IMG/VR virus record: IMGVR_UViG_3300036766_000670
Coordinates: 1 to 64,000 of that record
DNA from: a virus
DNA: 64,000 bases
Direction: 5' to 3' (one strand)
In this document: one piece after another, positions 18,614 to 28,223 of the stretch
How the letters are laid out: the number at the start of each line of letters is the position of its first letter
Numbering within the stretch: position 1 is the first letter of the stretch
Made by a program: the position numbers and the translations under genes
The notes under the pieces: model-generated
What the model was told of the DNA's origin: nothing
Database searches by the model: none
Seen by the model: only the letters and a program-made list of their open reading frames with translations

Positions 18614-18979
18614 ATGAACCAAAAAAATCTTCAAGAACTCATCCGTTGTATAACTCGGGAAATATTGGAGGAGTATATGGATACTCCTACTAAAATTGGT
18701 AGTATTTCTGATAAAAGCGATGAAGATGATAAGGATATTTCTGCCATGACCGCTGTTGAAAAAGCAAAGAAAAGGCGTGAGGAAGAAAAAGCGAGACAGG
18801 ATCAAATTAGAGGGGGTAAGCTGGAATTGAATGCTACAAAAAAACAAACCGATTATTTTGGGCAGCAACTTAAACAGAATAGATTAAAACAGGCTGCTCA
18901 GAGAAAAGTTCTTCAAAATCTTCAAGCAGATAAAGACATTAGTGTTGGTGGTGCAGGTAGTATTGGTGTCAAAATATAA
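18614..18979 (+). CDS. Hypothetical coiled-coil, putative head-internal protein
   Basis: Leader LQELIRCITREILEE. Confidence 0.55.
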   Translation: MNQKNLQELIRCITREILEEYMDTPTKIGSISDKSDEDDKDISAMTAVEKAKKRREEEKARQDQIRGGKLELNATKKQTDYFGQQLKQNRLKQAAQRKVLQNLQADKDISVGGAGSIGVKI

Positions 18980-19045
18980 TAAGTCAAAAAATCTACAGAA
19001 AACATATATATTCTCAGAAGCGTGTAACAATCTGTAGAAAAGTTT

Positions 19046-19882
19046 ATGCCAGATCAAATCATTCCAATTGCAAGATCGAGTAATACTCCATCATCTCCAC
19101 CAGTCCCACCGGGATATCAAAAAATGGAATCCAAGTTTCCAACGGAAATAATCAACCTTCCGTCAAAAGGATGGTTTTATCCTTCCGATAATCCTCTTTC
19201 TTCCGGCACTCTTGAACTTAAGATGATGACTGCAAAAGAAGAGGATATTCTTACATCTCCGAACCTTATTCAAAAGAATATTGTTCTGGATAAACTTCTT
19301 GAGTCGGTAATTGTCAATAAAGCGATTAATGCTGATGAAATGCTTATTTGTGATCGGAATGCGGCATTTTTTGCTATTCGTAGATTGGCTTATGGCGATA
19401 CTTATGAGGCAACGATGACTTGTGGTCGCTGTGGTAGAGAAAACTCCATTTCGATTGATTTAGGAAAAATGGATAATAAACCTTTCGACTTTGACAAGTA
19501 TCCTAAAGGGGAAAATTCTTTCACTTTTCAACTGCCATATTCGAAAGTCACAGTTACTTACAAAATTTTGAGTAAAAAGGATGAAAGCATCATTGATCAA
19601 GAACTCACCGGATTTGCTAAAGTGACCAAAGATTTTGCCCGACAAATTACTACTCGTTTAAGTCATATTATTACCGCAGTTGATGGTAATTCCGAAAAAA
19701 ATCGCATTCGTAAATTTGTCAATGAAGAACTCCTCTCGAAAGATAGTTTAGCATTTCGCAAACATATTCGAGAAAGTATGCCAGATATTGACTCTTCATT
19801 CATGTTTTCCTGTGCTAATTGTGGGCTTGAAAGATTGGAGGAAACGCCGATGGGCGTATCCTTTTTTTGGCCTAACGGATAA
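19046..19882 (+). CDS. T4 gp26-like baseplate hub / tail assembly chaperone
   Basis: LPSKG.FY, MTAKEEDIL, D..A.F.AIRRLAYG, CxxC pairs, C-terminal FFWP. Confidence 0.8.
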   Translation: MPDQIIPIARSSNTPSSPPVPPGYQKMESKFPTEIINLPSKGWFYPSDNPLSSGTLELKMMTAKEEDILTSPNLIQKNIVLDKLLESVIVNKAINADEMLICDRNAAFFAIRRLAYGDTYEATMTCGRCGRENSISIDLGKMDNKPFDFDKYPKGENSFTFQLPYSKVTVTYKILSKKDESIIDQELTGFAKVTKDFARQITTRLSHIITAVDGNSEKNRIRKFVNEELLSKDSLAFRKHIRESMPDIDSSFMFSCANCGLERLEETPMGVSFFWPNG

Positions 19883-20108
19883 ATATAAAATCCAGCTTCA
19901 CGAGTTAATATTCGATTTCTGCTATTATGGCCAGATCGAATATGATGCGGTATACTCCATGCCTGTCCAGTATCGCAATTTCTATGTTCATAAGCTTGTA
20001 AACATGAAGGAAAAAGAAAAACGCCAATATGATATGGTGGCAGGCAAAGCAGAAATGCCTTCTTCAACCCAACAAATTGTGCGAGGACCAGCAATTAACT
20101 GTCACTAA
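19863..20108 (+). CDS. Probable frameshift extension of the chaperone (gp51-like segment)
   Basis: FFGLTDKYKIQLHELIF...VYSMPVQYRNFY begins at the T7 run; the first in-frame ATG after the junction is at 19959. Confidence 0.6.
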   Translation, partial: FFGLTDKYKIQLHELIFDFCYYGQIEYDAVYSMPVQYRNFYVHKLVNMKEKEKRQYDMVAGKAEMPSSTQQIVRGPAINCH

Positions 20109-20144
20109 TCTTTTTATATTATCTCAATGTGAAATCCCTCATGA

Positions 20145-20450
20145 TTACTGTGACCATGCCCACTCCGGATGGACATTCAGCAGAAAAACCGCTGTCCAGG
20201 CGATGATGCAGACAATCCACAGGGCGATTTTGACAAACACCATTTTCCGCCATACATCAGGCATGTCAATCATGTTGATAAAGCAGCCGTTCGGTTTTCG
20301 CATTAATTTGCCCTCGATGATGGTGGCAAAAACGGGGGCAAACAGGCAACCGAAAATTATTGCCACAACGAGAAGTCCGATTGTGTCCCCGGCAATCCCC
20401 TTTACGGAGTTGGAGATCGATCCATTGATGTCAATTTTTTCTCTTTTCAT
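20145..20450 (-). CDS. Small two-TM membrane protein (moron-like insert)
   Basis: Two hydrophobic segments, visibly higher GC, and its own TTGACA-16-TATATT promoter (20484-20457) 6 nt before the ATG at 20450. Confidence 0.65.
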   Translation of the reverse strand: MKREKIDINGSISNSVKGIAGDTIGLLVVAIIFGCLFAPVFATIIEGKLMRKPNGCFINMIDMPDVWRKMVFVKIALWIVCIIAWTAVFLLNVHPEWAWSQ

Positions 20451-20536
20451 GTAGCCAATATACACCCTTTTTTTATTTTGTCAAGGGGAAAAATCGTTTG
20501 CAGGCCATATTTATACTCATGGAAAGCATTTGATTT

Positions 20537-23014
20537 ATGCCACTTCTAACTGACGCAGTCAACCTTATAACCGACACCCTTCCGATGTGGAAGGAATACC
20601 GCAATCTTCAAGATGATCTGGTAGATATCTACAAAAAACAAACCACATCTATTAGAGAAATAGCTGGTGTAAATAAAAGTATTGAAAAGGGGTTATTAGA
20701 GCGTCATAGACGTGAAAAAGAACTGATTCAACTTATTAGAGATAGTAAAGAGAATTTGCTTAATGCCGAAAAAAAGGCCGTAACGGTTCGGGGAAAGGAT
20801 AAAGATGCAGCAATGGCAAATGTAGCGGCTAGAAAGCAAGCACTAATTGCCCTTCAAGCAGAATATGACATGCTTCAAAAGATAAATAAACAAGTTATGA
20901 TTCCGTGGATATACTTCATGGTAAAAACCTGGACATTATTCATGAGAATGGATAAGGCTGCGGAAGCTTTGAGAATGACGATGGGTGTTTTCCGTGGACA
21001 AGTTGCCGATATTCGTTCCCAAGCACAAAAAATGGCAATTCAGTTCATGAATGTCGGTGTTACTATTGATGGAGTGTATAATGCTCTTGTAGCTCTGGGT
21101 AAAGAAATGGGAAGCATTCGTATAGCCAGTACTGCTCTTGTTCAAACTATTGCTCTTTTGAAAGCCCAGTTAGGAGTTGCCGAAGAGGATAGTGCCGGAT
21201 TTTTTAGAAATATGGCGGCTTTGTCTAAGACCACTATGGCGTCTCAGGAAAACATGGCATATTTAGCTCAAGATTTAAGTCAAGCTGCGGGAGTACCTCT
21301 TCCTACAATAATGAGTGATATTGCTCATATGTCAGAAAAGACATTATCTTTAATGTCAAGAGTTCCAAGTCAAATTGTAAAGGCGGCTGTAGAGGCTCGT
21401 AGATTAAATGTTTCCCTGAATGAAATGGCAAGAGGAAATGAACAACTTCTCAATTTTACGGAAAATATACAAGCCGAAATGGAAGCATCGGTATTATTGG
21501 GTAAAGCAATTAACTTACAAAAAGCTCGTGAATTAACTTACCATCGTAATATAATTGAAGCTACCAAGGAAATCGTTGGTATAGCCGAAAAAATAGATTT
21601 CACCAACCTTGATTATTTCCAGCAACAGGCTTTTGCCCGTGCGACCGGAAGAAGTGTAGAAGAACTTTTTAAGATGGTACAGGCACAAAAAGAGTGGAAT
21701 GAAGCAAGACTTTCAAATGATCTAATTGTTAAAAAATCAGTAGCAGAATATGATAGACTTCTTCGAATGAATAAGGAAGAAACATCAGATAGAGCACAAC
21801 ATATAAAACAGATGGTTATACAGCAGGCTAACCAACAGCGAATAATAACAATTCAAAATAAATGGAATAAAATTGTTGCTCAATTAGGAGAGATATTCCT
21901 TCCGATAATAGATAAATTGCTTTCAGCAGTAACTTATGTGATTGACATAGGAACAGGGGTTGCAAGATTTGCCATCAACCTTTATGGAGCATTTTACGCA
22001 ATTGAAAAAATATTCAAGTATTCTGGAAATATATCTGTAATATTTCACAATCTTGGACTAAAAATAAAGCTCCTGAATTTCATATTTAAGCCGTTAAAAA
22101 GTCTTTTTGGATACATTATGGTTGCAACGGATAAGATTTTACCTACGCTTATTAGAATAGTAGGAGTAGGATCGAAATTTCCTAAAATTTTCGGAATAAT
22201 AGCTCCACTTCTCAAAACATTTGGTAAGTTTACTGGAATCATTAACATATTACTTGCTGTATGGAATGTTGTAAAATCTATATTTCATGGCATAATAGAT
22301 ATAATAGATGGCATAAAAATAATGTTCAACGGAAATGTATGGGGAGGAATATTGAAAGTGTTCCACGGATTGTTCAAGGCGACTATAGGAGCAATTTTGG
22401 GAGCTATTGAAGGAGTATTTGGATTTATCATAGATATTCCTATATTGATATTGAAGGGATTGGGAGCTATGGGGGTGGGTTGGGCTAAGGCTGCGGGAGA
22501 ATGGGCGAATAGCATGTGGACAGCATTGAAGGATTGGTTTGGATTCTCCCCGTCTAAAATTGCGCTGTTAATTCTCAAAGGAATAACATCAATCGGGACA
22601 ATGATGTTTGATGCTTTGACATATCCATTTCGTCATGCATTTGCATGGATATTGGATAAAATTCCGGGAATGGGAAAATTTGCTGGAAAACTTCGTGAAG
22701 GAATGGGCGGGGTTCTTGCTGAACCAGTAGAAAAGAAAGCAACCGCTGCTTATATTCCTGCTGTTACAGTAACTCCCACTGGAACTAGAATTGCTACTCC
22801 GGAACCGGCAAAAACCGCTGTTACTGCTGAAACTAAAGCAGAAAGTACTTCAGATAGTAAAACCTTGGGAGAAATTCTAGCGGCACTTACTACATTGAAT
22901 AAAAACCTGGAAGCTGGAAAGATTGGATTCTATGTAGATGGACAGTTATTAAGTGCAACTTTAGCAAGACAAACTGAATTTCGTAAAGGATATGGAGTGA
23001 ATAGCATCGCTTAA
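20537..23014 (+). CDS. Tape measure protein
   Basis: 825-aa helical Ala/Leu-rich protein with hydrophobic repeats; sits between chaperone and baseplate genes. Confidence 0.85.
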   Translation: MPLLTDAVNLITDTLPMWKEYRNLQDDLVDIYKKQTTSIREIAGVNKSIEKGLLERHRREKELIQLIRDSKENLLNAEKKAVTVRGKDKDAAMANVAARKQALIALQAEYDMLQKINKQVMIPWIYFMVKTWTLFMRMDKAAEALRMTMGVFRGQVADIRSQAQKMAIQFMNVGVTIDGVYNALVALGKEMGSIRIASTALVQTIALLKAQLGVAEEDSAGFFRNMAALSKTTMASQENMAYLAQDLSQAAGVPLPTIMSDIAHMSEKTLSLMSRVPSQIVKAAVEARRLNVSLNEMARGNEQLLNFTENIQAEMEASVLLGKAINLQKARELTYHRNIIEATKEIVGIAEKIDFTNLDYFQQQAFARATGRSVEELFKMVQAQKEWNEARLSNDLIVKKSVAEYDRLLRMNKEETSDRAQHIKQMVIQQANQQRIITIQNKWNKIVAQLGEIFLPIIDKLLSAVTYVIDIGTGVARFAINLYGAFYAIEKIFKYSGNISVIFHNLGLKIKLLNFIFKPLKSLFGYIMVATDKILPTLIRIVGVGSKFPKIFGIIAPLLKTFGKFTGIINILLAVWNVVKSIFHGIIDIIDGIKIMFNGNVWGGILKVFHGLFKATIGAILGAIEGVFGFIIDIPILILKGLGAMGVGWAKAAGEWANSMWTALKDWFGFSPSKIALLILKGITSIGTMMFDALTYPFRHAFAWILDKIPGMGKFAGKLREGMGGVLAEPVEKKATAAYIPAVTVTPTGTRIATPEPAKTAVTAETKAESTSDSKTLGEILAALTTLNKNLEAGKIGFYVDGQLLSATLARQTEFRKGYGVNSIA

Positions 23015-23027
23015 GATATTTATAAAT

Positions 23028-25322
23028 ATGGCAACAGATTTTGAACCAATTCCCTCAGTAGTACTAACTATTCCTCGGAATTATCCAACATTCCCCGTGC
23101 CCGGAAAATTGGAGATTTTATGGGATACCAACTATCACAAGTTGTATCATAAACTGTCTCCATATACTTCTGTCGGCCCTGGAGTGCTTTCCTGGGGAAA
23201 TCAACCATTTTATTACGTCTTTGCCGATCAAAATAATAGTGGGTTGAATGCATTGAAAAAATATGAATCCAGATTATTTCCCGCTGGTTCCGGACCTATT
23301 GATGTAATACGTGTGACGAAGTTTCTGGTTTCAGGAGCAGGGGTGACATTTTTGAGCAAGCAATTTTTACTTCAAACCGGAAATGCATATAATGAAACTC
23401 GCATTTATAATCCAACGTCACCTATTGTAACCGCTGGTATGCCATTGGTAATGGGAAGTGTTAGACCGATGAGGTTTATTGATTTATATGGGGGCCTTGG
23501 TGGCATTGCTCAAAGTTTAATCGGTAGTATTGGATCATTATTTGGAAGTTCTGCTATAAATCCTCCTCCTGGCACAGCCGGGAGAGGAGCTTTGCCAGAT
23601 GTCAATGTAAGTACTGATGGGAAAGGACTTCTTCGTGCTGGAACTGCGAATAGAGGGCTTTCTAATTTGCAATCAAGATGGGCTTCTTCTCAAGGCGGTG
23701 CCAGTAATGGATTTTTTTCGGCGGTCGCTAAGGCAGTCACTTCTTTATTTTCCAATTTTATTCCCGCAAGTCAACTGAATATAACATATAGAAGCGATGA
23801 GGGGGCATATGGGTTGATGATTGGAGGAGGGGACTCAAAATTTAAATACACTGGGCAAGACTACAGAGAGTATGGATTCGGACAAATGTGGATTGGAGGA
23901 GGAACAATAAGTAGAAAAAAGAATGAGTATCCAGTCAAACCATATCGCTTATTTGTTACATATAACTCTCAGGGAATGCGAACGACAGATATTCATTTAA
24001 CGACTGGCGGAATTTTTACTTCTATACCAGAAGTAGGTAATGTTGGGTATTCTCCTGTACAAAGTACTGATACGAATAAACCAGGATATCGTTATGAAGA
24101 TTCTGTTGGGGTAAGTGCAGGAGAAGTAGGCCAAGGATATGATGCATCTGATGTAATGTATCAGTATAAAGACTATGCCGATCCCTCCCAACAGTTTCTT
24201 ACTAAAAATCCGGATTTCAACAAGGATGATACGGACACACTTAATAATACGTTGAAAGAAGTTATTAAAAAACTAAAGGCTACAAGTGGAGGAATTTACA
24301 GTGTAAATATTACAAATGTAGATTCGAAAGTTATAGGAACTGGAAATGCAACTATTCAAGGTTATAATCGTTTATTTGCCACAAAGAATAAAATGGATAA
24401 TAGATCTGGTCTCAATTATCCTCTCGGTGTTCTTAAAGAATACGATGAGACGGTTGTGGTAGATAATACTCTTACTATTGATCCCGTATTCAATTCAATG
24501 AAACTATCAACTGCTGGACATTTTGATGCGCTTAACACATTAAATGTATTAAGTGGAAGCAGAGCCATAGTTAATTCTAAATTGAAAGGTTGGAATGCAT
24601 GGAACCCGTATTTGGATGATCAGATTGCCCTTTATTTTTATGATGTAGTAAATGATAAATATATTCCGTTTCGTGCCGCAGTCAAAGGTATAGCAGAATC
24701 TAGTAATGCGTCGTGGGAAGAATTGCCATTTATAGGTCGTGCAGACAAAATATATTCATATGGAGGATTCAATAGAAGTTTATCTCTAAGTATTCATATC
24801 GTAATCAGTAGCATTGCCGAGCTTGCTCCAACATGGCAAAGAATCAATTATTTGGCAACGCTTGTCAAACCATCAAATTATACTACGGCTACTTATCAAG
24901 GTGTTATGAATAGGTTTATGATTCCTCCAATGGTAATGTTGACTCTTGGAGATATGTATAATAGTCAGCCGGTGCTTATTCAATCTCTTACTACAACTAT
25001 TCCGGAGGAAGCAATATGGGAAACCATAAATGAGGATAATTCCGGGCAGTGGGAATATCTTTCTACTTACATAACGGCTCCCGGACTTCTTTATGGACAA
25101 TTGCCTCGGGAAGTAGAACTTGGACTAGGGCTTATTTTACTTGAAAAGGAACGTGCTATTGTTGGCGGAGCGAACTTCGGAAATGCTCCACGAAATGAAG
25201 ATTGGTCCGCCCCGAATTACAATGCCATTTCTAATAGAGGAGCAAAACAAAACGAACTTGATCAATCGTTGATTGTAGATATTGTTAATCGTTCTAAACC
25301 ATCCTCAACTACTACTCTATAA
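23028..25322 (+). CDS. Baseplate/tube-initiator-like virion protein
   Basis: YIPFRA.V.GI.E...ASW....IGRADKIY.YGGFNRSLS, PPMVMLTLGD; gene position. Confidence 0.65.
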   Translation: MATDFEPIPSVVLTIPRNYPTFPVPGKLEILWDTNYHKLYHKLSPYTSVGPGVLSWGNQPFYYVFADQNNSGLNALKKYESRLFPAGSGPIDVIRVTKFLVSGAGVTFLSKQFLLQTGNAYNETRIYNPTSPIVTAGMPLVMGSVRPMRFIDLYGGLGGIAQSLIGSIGSLFGSSAINPPPGTAGRGALPDVNVSTDGKGLLRAGTANRGLSNLQSRWASSQGGASNGFFSAVAKAVTSLFSNFIPASQLNITYRSDEGAYGLMIGGGDSKFKYTGQDYREYGFGQMWIGGGTISRKKNEYPVKPYRLFVTYNSQGMRTTDIHLTTGGIFTSIPEVGNVGYSPVQSTDTNKPGYRYEDSVGVSAGEVGQGYDASDVMYQYKDYADPSQQFLTKNPDFNKDDTDTLNNTLKEVIKKLKATSGGIYSVNITNVDSKVIGTGNATIQGYNRLFATKNKMDNRSGLNYPLGVLKEYDETVVVDNTLTIDPVFNSMKLSTAGHFDALNTLNVLSGSRAIVNSKLKGWNAWNPYLDDQIALYFYDVVNDKYIPFRAAVKGIAESSNASWEELPFIGRADKIYSYGGFNRSLSLSIHIVISSIAELAPTWQRINYLATLVKPSNYTTATYQGVMNRFMIPPMVMLTLGDMYNSQPVLIQSLTTTIPEEAIWETINEDNSGQWEYLSTYITAPGLLYGQLPREVELGLGLILLEKERAIVGGANFGNAPRNEDWSAPNYNAISNRGAKQNELDQSLIVDIVNRSKPSSTTTL

Positions 25323-25325
25323 ACT

Positions 25326-25622
25326 ATGCTAAGATATAATAACATTCCAATAACAACGAGATATGATGGAAAAAGAGTTTATCTATCCACATTCTATCCT
25401 TCGGTTTCTCCGTCCTCCACAGATCTTTTAATAGTATCCCAAGAGGGAAATTGCTTGGATACCTTGGCATACAAGTATTATGGAGATCCTACTTTATATT
25501 GGATTATAGCCAATGTTAATAATATAGGAAGGGGAAGAATGAGTATTCAATCTGGACTAATATTGAGAATTCCAACAGATATTAATTCTGTCATAGATAA
25601 GTTTAATACCGCAAATTCGTAA
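25326..25622 (+). CDS. LysM-domain baseplate protein
   Basis: LDTLAYKYYGDPTLYWIIANVN...G..LRIP. Confidence 0.85.
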   Translation: MLRYNNIPITTRYDGKRVYLSTFYPSVSPSSTDLLIVSQEGNCLDTLAYKYYGDPTLYWIIANVNNIGRGRMSIQSGLILRIPTDINSVIDKFNTANS

Positions 25623-25626
25623 AGTT

Positions 25627-28179
25627 ATGGCAGGCATAGCACCAGTGATCCCGTGGGAACCATGTAATATCCCAAGCGCAATTCAAGATGAACTTAACCG
25701 CCGTAAGGTTAATAGAAGTTTCGTATACATAGATGCTAATAAGGGCGGTTGGAGCGAAACGGGGGAAAATGCTGGAGATTGGAGAAAATATCGTGGCCCA
25801 ACAAGTCCTTGGGTGAGATTTTGCTCAAATGGAATGGGACGGGAATTTGAAACAAATGCTGATGGAAGTTTCAGATTGAAGAATGGAAAACGCATTCCAC
25901 TCAGTAAAATAAAACCCGGATTTGTTTTATTCGGAGGGAAAACATTCTACAGTGGATATGGTTTTAACAATGTTAATTCAAGTCCTGATAGTATCATAGG
26001 ATATTTGCCAGACGGAATCCATACTCACACTATTTCAAATGATCTTCAAACCAGTAATTATCCGATTCACGTTCCTCCTCCTGAGATTGAAAAAATAAAT
26101 GTAATCATTCAAAAGGAGTTATATCGTAAAGCCACGGTGGATTGGATTTGTTTTTCCAAGGCACAATTGGAATATATGACTCCATATTTTCTTGTTCCCG
26201 GAATTTCTTGTATTTTGGAATGGGGATGGAACAACTTTGATTCAAATGCTCTGCTTAATTTGGATAATCCAGATGAACTAAAGGTATATAATAACAATCC
26301 TTATCCCTTGTATAATGATCATATTATCAAGGCAAAGGGAAATTATGATGTTATTTTTGGAAGAGTGACAAATTTTGAATGGGCTATCGAAGGAACTAGG
26401 ATTAGATGCAAAACTGAGATTACATCTCAAGACCGTATTTATTCTGGTGTAGTGGTAGATTCTACGTCTGTTACTTTGATTGATGATGCTAAAAAGGAAG
26501 AAGTAGGAATCAAGCCCGAAAATAATTTACAACAGTTTATTGAGAAGTATCTGCCTTCATTTAAAACCGTTGGAACTAAGAGTGGTTCTGATATATTCAC
26601 TATACACGAAATATACGATGTTCTTAAATATATAAGTGCCAATCATCCGAATAACTGGAGAGAGTATGCATATGGAGTGTTTTATGGACGTGATAAGCAA
26701 GATATAAAACATGTAGCGGCAGATACAGATCGAAATCTTAAAGAGGACTTCGATCATGATGGAGATATGAAGGAACTTTGGATAAATTTTGGATTGGTGG
26801 TTGAAATCGTAAACTATCATGTCTCAAAAATGAAAAGTTTCAAAAAAGCAGAAATATTTCGCATAGACATTGATGATGTTGTTATTACTGGTCATCCAAA
26901 TTTAATTTCTGGTGATGGTAAAGTATTGCTTATTCCAAATGCCGAAGCCCCGAAATATTTCAAGGGAAGGTTTAGTAAATTCGATCCAACCGCTAAAGGA
27001 AACATAGATTATAAGGTGATGAGCACTGCTACAAATCCTCTCATATCTCTTACTAACCGAGACGATGCCAAAGCAAGTAAAACTATTGCCGATTATAGAT
27101 TGGCTGTGGTGTGTGGGCAGGGTCTTAATGCTTATCGTGATGATTTGAATATTCTTATAAATCGAATCCGCATCGAAAAATGTGGGTCTAATAGTTCTAC
27201 AAGTTTATCGTATCCGTTTGAGTTTCCGTTTCTTTTTGATAGAAATCCGGAGATAGAAGGATCGAATGGAAAAAAATATCCCGCAAGATACTCTGGATAC
27301 CTTAAAAATCTATACGTCAATATTGGTTTTCTACAGGAGACAGTAAAAGATTCTAAAACTTACATTCAGTTTATTGAAAAAATTTTGAATGGAATCAGTA
27401 GTGCGGCGGGAGGATTTTGGGATTTTCGTATAGTCGGAGGAACTGGAAAAGCAGGGCAGTCAAAAAATAAACCAGCAACTCTCAAGATTGTAGATTACAA
27501 ATTTGTAAATACATTAAATTCTGGTGCCCCATTCACATTCGACTACTTTGATGCAGATAGCTTGTTGCTCGGGCTTAATTTCAAACCTACGTTGAGCAAT
27601 GCCCAGGCAATTCGTACAATATATGCCCAGACTAACAACCCAGATTCAAAAACAGTTATTACTAATGGAGATAATGAACTTTTGGATTATCATTTTAGAG
27701 ATCGTTTAATTAAAGATGATAATATAAAAGAAAATGAAAATTCTCCGTCTCCAAAAGCTCCAAATAACGAATTTCTTGAAACTATGCGTGAATTACAGCA
27801 ACTTTCTGGTACGGACGCTATGTATCAGATGACAAATAGGTTTGAAGGTAAAATTATTATTCGGCGTTTGGTACTTCCTGCATCCAATGTCTTAAGTCTT
27901 TTGCTTGATGATGGAGATGAAGAAAACAATCCAAAATATAGCGGGATTATGCCTGGTATTCAAGCAACTTTTACTATTCAGGGTATTGGTGGGTTAAGAA
28001 CATTTATGATGTTTCTTGTTCGTAATTTGCCGGAGCCATATTCTGAGAAAAACATCGTATTCCGTATCGTAGATGTTCAAGAGGCCATTGAATCTGGAAA
28101 ATGGATTACAACCATCACAGCGGGTCTTGTTCCTCTTCGAGGATATATTAAAGAGCGACTAGGTATTCCCAACATTTAA
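25627..28179 (+). CDS. Baseplate hub-like virion protein
   Basis: PGISCILEWGW, G.VTNFEW, FTIQGIGG...F.V.NLP..Y, WITTI; follows the LysM gene. Confidence 0.6.
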   Translation: MAGIAPVIPWEPCNIPSAIQDELNRRKVNRSFVYIDANKGGWSETGENAGDWRKYRGPTSPWVRFCSNGMGREFETNADGSFRLKNGKRIPLSKIKPGFVLFGGKTFYSGYGFNNVNSSPDSIIGYLPDGIHTHTISNDLQTSNYPIHVPPPEIEKINVIIQKELYRKATVDWICFSKAQLEYMTPYFLVPGISCILEWGWNNFDSNALLNLDNPDELKVYNNNPYPLYNDHIIKAKGNYDVIFGRVTNFEWAIEGTRIRCKTEITSQDRIYSGVVVDSTSVTLIDDAKKEEVGIKPENNLQQFIEKYLPSFKTVGTKSGSDIFTIHEIYDVLKYISANHPNNWREYAYGVFYGRDKQDIKHVAADTDRNLKEDFDHDGDMKELWINFGLVVEIVNYHVSKMKSFKKAEIFRIDIDDVVITGHPNLISGDGKVLLIPNAEAPKYFKGRFSKFDPTAKGNIDYKVMSTATNPLISLTNRDDAKASKTIADYRLAVVCGQGLNAYRDDLNILINRIRIEKCGSNSSTSLSYPFEFPFLFDRNPEIEGSNGKKYPARYSGYLKNLYVNIGFLQETVKDSKTYIQFIEKILNGISSAAGGFWDFRIVGGTGKAGQSKNKPATLKIVDYKFVNTLNSGAPFTFDYFDADSLLLGLNFKPTLSNAQAIRTIYAQTNNPDSKTVITNGDNELLDYHFRDRLIKDDNIKENENSPSPKAPNNEFLETMRELQQLSGTDAMYQMTNRFEGKIIIRRLVLPASNVLSLLLDDGDEENNPKYSGIMPGIQATFTIQGIGGLRTFMMFLVRNLPEPYSEKNIVFRIVDVQEAIESGKWITTITAGLVPLRGYIKERLGIPNI

Positions 28180-28185
28180 AACAAA

Positions 28186-28214
28186 TTGACTTCTGATCTA
28201 AATGCTGGTATTGT
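28186..28214 (+). promoter_or_regulatory. Sigma70-like promoter of the polymerase gene
   Basis: TTGACT-17-TATTGT. Confidence 0.55.
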
Positions 28215-28223
28215 GATCGGCTG

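Noticed and set aside
20029-20454. 141-aa plus-strand ORF
   Set aside because: It overlaps the minus-strand membrane gene, which has a promoter and a plausible protein pattern.
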